Below are positions 57,022 to 64,000 of a stretch of 64,000 nt of DNA, one piece after another. Positions within the stretch are counted from its first letter, which is position 1. Each line of letters begins with the position of its first letter. The stretch is from NCBI GenBank assembly GCA_963719315.1, contig CAVRBU010000002.1, positions 1,600,001 through 1,664,000 on the forward strand. Reading direction: 5' to 3'. Both the position numbers and the translations under genes were made by a program. The notes beneath the pieces are model-generated. The model did not search any database, had not been told where the DNA came from, and saw nothing but the letters and a program-made list of their open reading frames with translations. This DNA is from an uncultured Planctomycetota bacterium (lineage in GTDB: Bacteria; Planctomycetota; Planctomycetia; Pirellulales; Lacipirellulaceae).

Positions 57022-58773
57022 GTGGCGACAATGTTCTACGATGAAAACGCCGCGCCGATCGCGCCGATGAACGGCAGTTTGGCGCCCGCCAACGTCGATC
57101 CGACGCTGCCCAACGAAGCGCATCAGATGCTGCGCTCGTTGGAGCGATCGTTCGGCCAGCCGTTTTCGGTCGTGGGTTGCGCGACTGGCCAGATGGTTCG
57201 CACAGCCCCTGGCAGCTTGCCGGTTGATCTTTACCCGCGACTGGCGAGTTGCGAAAAAATCGCCGAGCGGGGCCGACCCGAGTTCTTGGACGAGGTCAGC
57301 CCGCTTCTATTGCTTGCCGTCCCGCTCACTGATGAGGGGACGAATTGCAGTTTGGTCGCCGTCGCTACGTTCGTAACCGAGCGTGTGACGACCGTCGCTG
57401 AAGTCGCCGCCGCTGCCCACGAGTTTGGTCTCGATAGCGAAGTACTATTTTCCTGGGCCAAAGCACAATCGCCATGGCCACCGCAGGGCTTGCTGGAATT
57501 GGCTGGCGCGGTGGCCGAGCGCGCGACGCTGCAGCAATCGGCCGCGCAGATCAAGCGGCAGATGGCGGATATTTCCTCACATCTGTTGATGACGTTCGAG
57601 GAAATCACGCTGCTGCACCGGCTTACCGAACACCTTTCGATCGCGAAGAGCGTCACCGATATTTGCGAGATGTCGGTGAATTGGCTGGGGGACGTAATTC
57701 CGGCTAAGAGTGTCGCCATTTGGTTCGAATCGTTTGGCGACGTGGACAGCCAACGAACATTGGGCCACGATTCGGATGGCAGCGCGATGCTGATCGCCCA
57801 CGGCGATTGTCCGCTCGGGCAAGACGACTTTGCCAAGTTCATGGAGCGGCTCGGGCCTCGCGTGGCAACCGAGCCGGTCGTGCTGAATCGTGCCGCCACG
57901 AGCTCTCCCACCTGGTATTACCCGGACGTTCGCGAAATCATCTCGGTACCGATCCGCGAGGGAACTCGGCTGTTTGGTTGGCTGCTGGCACTCAATCACA
58001 CGGGCGCCGGCGATGTCACGAACAGCGAAGGCGAGTTCGGCACGGTGGAAGCCTGCTTGATGGCCAGCGTGGCCACGATTCTGGGCATCCACTGCGGCAA
58101 CATCGCGCTCTATCAAGAGCAATCGGAATTCTTTAGCAGCGTCGTGCGGGCACTCACGTCGGCGATCGACGCCAAGGACCCGTACACCTGTGGTCACAGC
58201 GATCGCGTGGCCCGGCTTTCGGTTTGCCTGGCCAAGCAATTGGGATGCGACAAGGAAGACTTGAACACGATCTACCTTTCGGGGCTGTTGCACGACATCG
58301 GCAAGATCGGCATCGACGACAATGTGCTCCGCAAACCGGGCGCGCTGACTCCGGAAGAGTTCGAACATATCAAAACGCACCCGGATCTTGGCTGCCAAAT
58401 CCTAGACGGCGTAAAGCAGCTCGACAAAGTGATGCCGGTGGTGCGCCATCACCACGAGGCGTGGAACGGGGCCGGCTACCCGGCCGGGCTGAAGGCCGAT
58501 GAAACGCCGTTCTTGGCGCGCGTGGTGGCGGTGGCGGACTCGATCGATGCGATGTCGAGCGACCGGCCGTACCGTAAAGGCATGCCCGACGAGAAGCTGG
58601 ACGCTATTCTCCGCGACGGAGCGGGGAAACAGTGGGATCCGAGGATTGTCGAGGCCGTATTTCAGGTGCGCGATGAATTACGCAGCATCGGCCGAGAAGA
58701 TCGGCATCCGTTGGCGCTGGATGTCGACCACTGGCAATCGGATTCGCCGGCTGCGAGTTCCACGAACGTCTAA
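57022..58773 (+). CDS. HD-GYP c-di-GMP phosphodiesterase with N-terminal sensor/GAF-like region
   Basis: AKDPYTCGHSDRV, LHDIGKIG, HHEAWNGAGYP, DRPYR. Confidence 0.92.
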   Translation: MATMFYDENAAPIAPMNGSLAPANVDPTLPNEAHQMLRSLERSFGQPFSVVGCATGQMVRTAPGSLPVDLYPRLASCEKIAERGRPEFLDEVSPLLLLAVPLTDEGTNCSLVAVATFVTERVTTVAEVAAAAHEFGLDSEVLFSWAKAQSPWPPQGLLELAGAVAERATLQQSAAQIKRQMADISSHLLMTFEEITLLHRLTEHLSIAKSVTDICEMSVNWLGDVIPAKSVAIWFESFGDVDSQRTLGHDSDGSAMLIAHGDCPLGQDDFAKFMERLGPRVATEPVVLNRAATSSPTWYYPDVREIISVPIREGTRLFGWLLALNHTGAGDVTNSEGEFGTVEACLMASVATILGIHCGNIALYQEQSEFFSSVVRALTSAIDAKDPYTCGHSDRVARLSVCLAKQLGCDKEDLNTIYLSGLLHDIGKIGIDDNVLRKPGALTPEEFEHIKTHPDLGCQILDGVKQLDKVMPVVRHHHEAWNGAGYPAGLKADETPFLARVVAVADSIDAMSSDRPYRKGMPDEKLDAILRDGAGKQWDPRIVEAVFQVRDELRSIGREDRHPLALDVDHWQSDSPAASSTNV

Positions 58774-58783
58774 AGCATCTGCG

Positions 58784-58847
58784 GTAGCTGAACTCGCAAG
58801 CGTTCAGCCCAATTTCGGAACGGCTGAATTCTTGCGAATTCAGCTTC
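58784..58847. repeat. GTAG-type inverted REP pair
   Basis: gtagctgaactcgcaagcgttcagc ... gctgaattcttgcgaattcagct. Confidence 0.8.
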
Positions 58848-58868
58848 AACTTTTGATATGATGGGCGG

Positions 58869-59345
58869 ATGGCCCGCGAGGAATCGAACCGCGAAGACTT
58901 GCTCGGCGAGGCGAAGGCGCTCGTTGAGCGTATCGAGCTAGTGACCGCTACAGGTATGGCCATTGTTGCCGGCTTTCGAGCGGACGGCGCGTTCAGCATC
59001 TTCTTCGACGAGGACCCCGCCTACCATTTCAACGCGGCCGGCGAGTTGCACCGCGCCTATTGTGACGGATTGTTGATCAAGGCTACGCAAGGCCAACTTG
59101 TTTCATTGCACCGCGTGCGCACCGAGCACGAAATTCAATTGGTGCGCCATACGTTGACGGATGCTGAGCAAGAAACGTTCTTATCGGCTATGAAGGGTCA
59201 CTTGTCCCGGCTGACCGAATTGATCGTGGCCGGCGAATTTGAAGCAACGCGCCAATTGCCACCGGACGCCGACGTGCTCGGCCGCGTACAGGAATGGATT
59301 GCAGCGCACGAAGAATGGCCGATCGCGGAACGGCCGAATGTTTGA
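58869..59345 (+). CDS. Conserved hypothetical protein
   Basis: 158-aa ORF with coding-like composition (REDLL.EA.ALVERIEL). Confidence 0.7.
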   Translation: MAREESNREDLLGEAKALVERIELVTATGMAIVAGFRADGAFSIFFDEDPAYHFNAAGELHRAYCDGLLIKATQGQLVSLHRVRTEHEIQLVRHTLTDAEQETFLSAMKGHLSRLTELIVAGEFEATRQLPPDADVLGRVQEWIAAHEEWPIAERPNV

Positions 59346-59428
59346 ATGCAAGAAGGCTCGTAATTAAGAACAGGAACGCTAATCTCCACTAACGTTCGCT
59401 AATCTGGATTAATGATTATTAACGGAGA

Positions 59429-60364
59429 TTAGTGTTCCGGTTCTTCGGTTCTTGTTCCCCTTGGCGGAAGTTCAACGATTTCACATTCGCCGACCGGCGA
59501 CGTGAGCTTTGTTCCCTGGGCACTCGCTTCACGGCGGACCATGGCCAGCGCGAGCGGCGTATTTAGTTGCGGCGAAAAGGCGGATGATTTGACCCGACCG
59601 ACGCTAGCGCCGTCTCGAGTGAGCACCATTCCGGGATGGAGTTCGTTATTGCTGGAAAATCGCACATCGACAATGCGTTGGTTCACGTGCCCTAGCGCAT
59701 CGATGCGAGCCACTGTTTCCTGACCGAGGTAGCAGCCTTTGGTGAAGCTGATCGCCTCGCGGTCGCGGCCCACTTCCTGCGGCAAGTTGTGCTCGTCGAA
59801 ATCGACGCCAAATAATGGCACTCCTGCCTCAATTCGCGCCGCATCAAACCCAAAAGATCCAACAAGCTGGATCCCTCGCTCGGAGGATTGGCGGGACAGA
59901 ATCGGCATCTCGATCGGTACAACTTCGAAAACGCGAGCCGCATCATTGCCGATCAGATTCCACGAGAAAGACACCGCGGTGAGATCAACGGATGCCGCCG
60001 ACAGCAGATAATCGCGTTCATTCGTTGAGTCTCGCAGTTGGACATCCTCGCGGATGATATAGCGGTCCAGGTGCTCGAAGAGCGGCTGGGCCTGCCCAGG
60101 GGCACCGACGAATACCAGTTCCTCGTCGCGACAAGTGACCAGGCCGTGGCCGACGATTTTACCTTTGACGTTCAAGAAGAACGCTTCGCAGCCGTCGCCT
60201 GGTTTGAGCGGCTTGACGTCGTTCGTGCAGAAACTTTGCAGAAACGAACAACGGTCGCGTCCTGTGACCGTCACGCTCGACCAACCTGAGAGTGCGTAAA
60301 ACCCGCCGCCGGATCGGAGAGCGTTGCATTGCTCGGCGACAAGTACTTGTTCTTCATTCGTCAT
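59429..60364 (-). CDS. ygfZ: YgfZ/GcvT-like folate-binding protein
   Basis: GRDRCSFLQSFCTND, RIEAG, KGCYLGQE. Confidence 0.9.
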   Translation of the reverse strand: MTNEEQVLVAEQCNALRSGGGFYALSGWSSVTVTGRDRCSFLQSFCTNDVKPLKPGDGCEAFFLNVKGKIVGHGLVTCRDEELVFVGAPGQAQPLFEHLDRYIIREDVQLRDSTNERDYLLSAASVDLTAVSFSWNLIGNDAARVFEVVPIEMPILSRQSSERGIQLVGSFGFDAARIEAGVPLFGVDFDEHNLPQEVGRDREAISFTKGCYLGQETVARIDALGHVNQRIVDVRFSSNNELHPGMVLTRDGASVGRVKSSAFSPQLNTPLALAMVRREASAQGTKLTSPVGECEIVELPPRGTRTEEPEH

Positions 60365-60386
60365 TCTTCGTTCCAGCGCCTTCGCC

Positions 60387-61610
60387 CTACTCTGTCACCG
60401 TCACAACGGCGTGCTGGGCGTTTTCCACAACGATAAAGCTTTCTTGCCGCCCGGCGAGCCGCATCAAGTCGTCGATGCTTTCGACCGGAGCGAGGCCCAG
60501 TTCCTCCACGCTTTCGGAGTCCAATTGGCTGAGAAAATACACGGGACCGCGCTGCAACGCTCGAACGAGATGCCACGCCGTCCATGTGTCGGCGTCGTAG
60601 TCGTGAGCGATTTTTCTGGCAACTCGATCGAGGTCGGGGTTGCCGACGAGTCGGCCAAGCGACTTGCCGAGGGGGTCGTCCAGGTTGGAGCAGATTGCGA
60701 CTGCCCCGCCTTCTTCCAATACCTCCTCCGCGGCTGCGAGCGCACGGCCAACATTCGCCCAGGTTTGCGTCTGCGAGTCGCCGGTGATCGTCGCGACCAC
60801 CAGACTTACGCGCTGCGGACTGTGGAGCAACCACTGTTCGCGGCAGAGCTCGTCGCTACGCCGGGCGACGGCCTGCGGCTCGCCGGCTACGATGTGGGCC
60901 ACCGTCTCGCCGGGGCCTGGCACGACCTGCACGGTCATTGGCACACCGATCATCCAGCCGGCCTCGTCGCCCTCGCTCCGCTTTCTTTTGCGATGGGTGA
61001 TCGCGTCGCGCTCAGCGGGTGTTTGATACTTCGCCACCGTATCGACATCGGAAAAGCGCGGGTACAAGCTGTCGTAGGCGTTGTTGCGGCCGATCCTCGC
61101 GCAACCGATTGGCAGCACGAGGTCGGCTTCGAAAATCGTGCGATTCACGAGCAGCGGCTGGCCACGCTTCGTGGCACCGACCAGGCAAAGGTTCTTTTCG
61201 TCGGCCGGATCGTGGACAACGAATTGCGGCCCTGGCTCGATGCTCGCCCCGGTTTGCGCGTCGGTCGTAACGATCGCGATCTCTTGCGAGTCGACCCCGG
61301 CAATTTGCAGCGATTGCACGGCGCCGCGAACCAAGCTCGCCATGCACGGCGTCGCGCTATCCACGGCAATCGCGACGCGATCGCCCGGTACGATGCCGGC
61401 CGACAGCGGCGGGAAATTGAGCGGTTTGGCCAGTGCGCGCGCAATGGCAGCCGCCGGATCAGAGAGCGCGACCACGCTGTTCGACTTTGCTTCACGCGTC
61501 AAGTGCACACCTCCGCCGTCGGCCTGGGCGATGCGGGCGGCAATCTCGTCGATCGGGTGTAGTGACTTGACCAAGTGCGGCTCGATGCTAGATGCTAGGG
61601 CTTGTCTCAT
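60387..61610 (-). CDS. Lactate racemase (LarA/DUF2088) domain protein, degenerate
   Basis: ALAKPLNFPPL, VAIAVD, VVHDP, VNRTIFEADLVL. Confidence 0.65.
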   Translation of the reverse strand: MRQALASSIEPHLVKSLHPIDEIAARIAQADGGGVHLTREAKSNSVVALSDPAAAIARALAKPLNFPPLSAGIVPGDRVAIAVDSATPCMASLVRGAVQSLQIAGVDSQEIAIVTTDAQTGASIEPGPQFVVHDPADEKNLCLVGATKRGQPLLVNRTIFEADLVLPIGCARIGRNNAYDSLYPRFSDVDTVAKYQTPAERDAITHRKRKRSEGDEAGWMIGVPMTVQVVPGPGETVAHIVAGEPQAVARRSDELCREQWLLHSPQRVSLVVATITGDSQTQTWANVGRALAAAEEVLEEGGAVAICSNLDDPLGKSLGRLVGNPDLDRVARKIAHDYDADTWTAWHLVRALQRGPVYFLSQLDSESVEELGLAPVESIDDLMRLAGRQESFIVVENAQHAVVTVTE

Positions 61611-61762
61611 TATTTGTTGCAAGTCCCTTCCTGCCGGAAGGGACCGTCTCGAATCAACGAACTTTGCGATGACGCCAAGGCCCCGCTCGGCAAGCGGAAC
61701 CTACTTCCAGCATCTAGCATCTAGCAGTCAGCATCAAGGCGCCCCCAGAGGAGGACAATGCG

Positions 61763-63154
61763 ATGGCCGTGACGGAACAACAAATGATCGCATGGTGCGA
61801 AAAACTGCTGGCGGGCAGGGCGGCCGATCCGGACCTCACGCTGGCCGATTATATTCGTGCCATACCGGGCATGGCCTCGTTGCAGGATGTGCCTGCCGGC
61901 ACGCCGGTGCTCGTGCGAGGTGATGTCGACGCCAAGCCGGGAACGCAAATCGGCGACGGCGACATTCGGCTCCGTTCGATGAAGGACACATTGCAATTCG
62001 GCCGCGACCATGGATGGAAGCAAATCGTGTTCGGCCATATCGGCCGCAAACCCGAAGGCTCACTCAACAAAGTGGCCAAGCGACTGGGCGAGATTCTAAA
62101 GTGCGATGTGCCACTCGTTGGCGATTGGCTCGATGAAACTTCGATGACAATTCTGCCCGCCGTTCAGCAGCAGATCGCGGCCGTTAAACCGGGCGCGGTC
62201 ATCATGCTCGAGAACACACGTAAATATGAAATCGAGCGCGCGCTGTGGAAGGCGAAGCCGGCGGACCTGCCGAAGATCGCGCCGAAATTAGCCAGATTGG
62301 CGAACGAGTTTGCTGAAAAACTCGGCAAGATATTCGTGTTCGAGGCGTTCTCGGCGGGCAGCCTGGATGCATGCAGCGTGGCGGTGCCGGCTGCGATGTC
62401 CAAAGTGGCGCTTGGCGAGCATGTATCCGCCGAGTTCACCATGCCGCTCATGCGCTGCCTCGACGCGCAGCTCGTCGTGTTCAGCGGCCTGAAGGCCGAT
62501 AAGCTCGACGATATGGAAGCGATGATCAACCGGGGCAAGATCACGCGGGTAATCGCGGCCGGGGCACTGTCCGGCGCGCTGCGGAAAGCGGCTGCGCAGC
62601 TCGATGGCCAGGAATGCTGCCTCGGCGTGGCCGAAGATCCGGACCATAAGGATCAACCCCATTTCGTGCCCGAGGCCCGCTTGGAGCAAGCTCGCCGCAT
62701 GATCGCCGAGGGGCGCAAAAAGGGCATCAAGTTCTTTCTGCCCGTAGACTTCGTGATTCAAGATGGCAGCGTGGTCGAAACCCTCAAGCCGAGCGACGAA
62801 CAGTTCGACGTCGGGCCGAAAACCAGCGCGGTATTCGAGGATGCCGTCGGTGAGTTTCTCCAGTTGGCGGGAGCCGTCGCGTTTTACAACGGCGTGTTCG
62901 GCATGTTCGAAGACCCGCGCTTCGAAGGCGGCACTCGGCGGTTCATTCCACAGATCAAACGCATGACCGACAACGGCATAGAGGTTTACGTCGGCGGCGG
63001 CGAAGGCGGCGCGGCCCTCGAAAAGTACGGCCAGGCGAATTGGGCGACCCACATTTTCACGGCCGGCGGCACGGTGCTCAACGCGTTGGGCAGCGAACCC
63101 GTCCCCTACATGGTCGCCTTACGCGAAGCTGCGAAGAAGTCGCAACCAACGTAG
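61763..63154 (+). CDS. pgk: Phosphoglycerate kinase family protein (divergent)
   Basis: VLVRGD, GHIGR, LENTR, LPVDF, DVGPKT, NGVFGMFE, GGGE, TAGG. Confidence 0.8.
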   Translation: MAVTEQQMIAWCEKLLAGRAADPDLTLADYIRAIPGMASLQDVPAGTPVLVRGDVDAKPGTQIGDGDIRLRSMKDTLQFGRDHGWKQIVFGHIGRKPEGSLNKVAKRLGEILKCDVPLVGDWLDETSMTILPAVQQQIAAVKPGAVIMLENTRKYEIERALWKAKPADLPKIAPKLARLANEFAEKLGKIFVFEAFSAGSLDACSVAVPAAMSKVALGEHVSAEFTMPLMRCLDAQLVVFSGLKADKLDDMEAMINRGKITRVIAAGALSGALRKAAAQLDGQECCLGVAEDPDHKDQPHFVPEARLEQARRMIAEGRKKGIKFFLPVDFVIQDGSVVETLKPSDEQFDVGPKTSAVFEDAVGEFLQLAGAVAFYNGVFGMFEDPRFEGGTRRFIPQIKRMTDNGIEVYVGGGEGGAALEKYGQANWATHIFTAGGTVLNALGSEPVPYMVALREAAKKSQPT

Positions 63155-63208
63155 CTTGCTTCGACGAAGACTTCGCAGCAACCGCTGCAATACACTACGC
63201 TCGCAAAG

Positions 63209-63654
63209 ATGAAGTTTAAGAAAACCAGAATCGTGATCTCGCTCGTCTTCACGGTCTTGATTCTTCTCCTCGCCGCGCTCTGTGTAAGAAGCAAGTCAAC
63301 GTGCGATATTGTCTTTAGACTCGACCCTAGTAATCAGCTGTCGACGTTCGGTTCCAATGACGGTATTATCTACTTTGGATACCAAGCTATGCCCAGCATG
63401 TCACGAGCCGCACTCGCTCCGCATGGCTGGAAGCTCTCCTCATCGAGTGCGAATGTGCGTGCCAAGAAATTCGCCTGGCACGTTTCTACGGCAACGCCTC
63501 CGTAAGTGCTCCTCACTGGTTCTTGATGCTTGCTTGCGCGGTAGCATCAACACTGCCCTGGGTACGCCGCCGGTTTAGCCTGCGCACGGCCCTAATACTG
63601 CTGACGATCACGTGTTGCATCTTGGGTATAGTCGTTTGGCAGATGAAGAAATAG
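63209..63654 (+). CDS. Planctomycete-type membrane hypothetical protein (frameshift near 63500)
   Basis: N-terminal TM ..LCVRS; shifted frame PHWFL..LPWVRRRFSLRTALI ends TAG 63654. Confidence 0.6.
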
Positions 63655-63700
63655 TTGACGAAATTAATGACGGAAACTTCCAACTAACGAGGACTGTTAC

Positions 63701-64000
63701 ATGTCACCTCTGCGAATCCAAACGTGGATGCCGTTTATCGCCCTGGTGTTCATAACGACTTCCGCCATTGCAGCCGAATCTTCGGCCGATGCCCAGCCCA
63801 CTTCAGAGAAATCCATTTCACCAGAATTGGCGTCGTTCCAATCAATTAGGGCCAAATGGCTCAAGCTTCGCAATGAACTTCAAGCGATCGCCACAAAGAC
63901 TCAAGGTCCTGTTTCACAAGAAGAATTCCGCAAATTGGACGGCGACTTTTGGGTAGTACACCGCCAGATGCGCGCTTTACAGCCCGAAGTAACGCAGCGA
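63701..64000 (+). CDS. Secreted hypothetical protein, 5' part
   Basis: GGA RBS, ATG 63701, signal peptide, open to window end. Confidence 0.55.
   Translation, partial: MSPLRIQTWMPFIALVFITTSAIAAESSADAQPTSEKSISPELASFQSIRAKWLKLRNELQAIATKTQGPVSQEEFRKLDGDFWVVHRQMRALQPEVTQR

Overview
Bacterial chromosomal window, almost certainly from a planctomycete (Pirellulales-like). Evidence: an LEPRQLLS-type export motif, a DUF1549/DUF1553 plus DUF1501 operon, a DUF1570 protein, a PEP-CTERM protein and planctomycete-type palindromic repeats. Bases 1-19.5 kb hold a large RTX-repeat/G8-domain surface protein and an exopolysaccharide locus (GME-like epimerase, WbaP, four GT4s, Wzy-like protein, MBOAT+SGNH acyltransferase pair, methyltransferase, PEP-CTERM protease). 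This part is full of frameshifts and contains a 101-nt poly-A tract, probably long-read error, plus a nested IS3/ISKra4-like scar. Bases 20-64 kb are mostly intact housekeeping and planctomycete genes (ychF, metG, hisI, kdsB, glmS, ygfZ, divergent pgk, sulfatase, TA modules, HD-GYP). The main result is a complete IS110-family element (44116-46094). Its CA core, circle-junction promoter and a 3' non-coding bridge-RNA candidate can be read from the sequence, with all four guide segments matching the reconstructed target and donor. Also notable: repeat-derived peptides inserted in frame in three neighbouring genes (rmlD-like, kdsB, glmS), a 29-aa Arg/Lys-rich ORF absent from the ORF track, and a PGK homologue with an altered substrate pocket. 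No tRNA, rRNA or CRISPR array was recognised.
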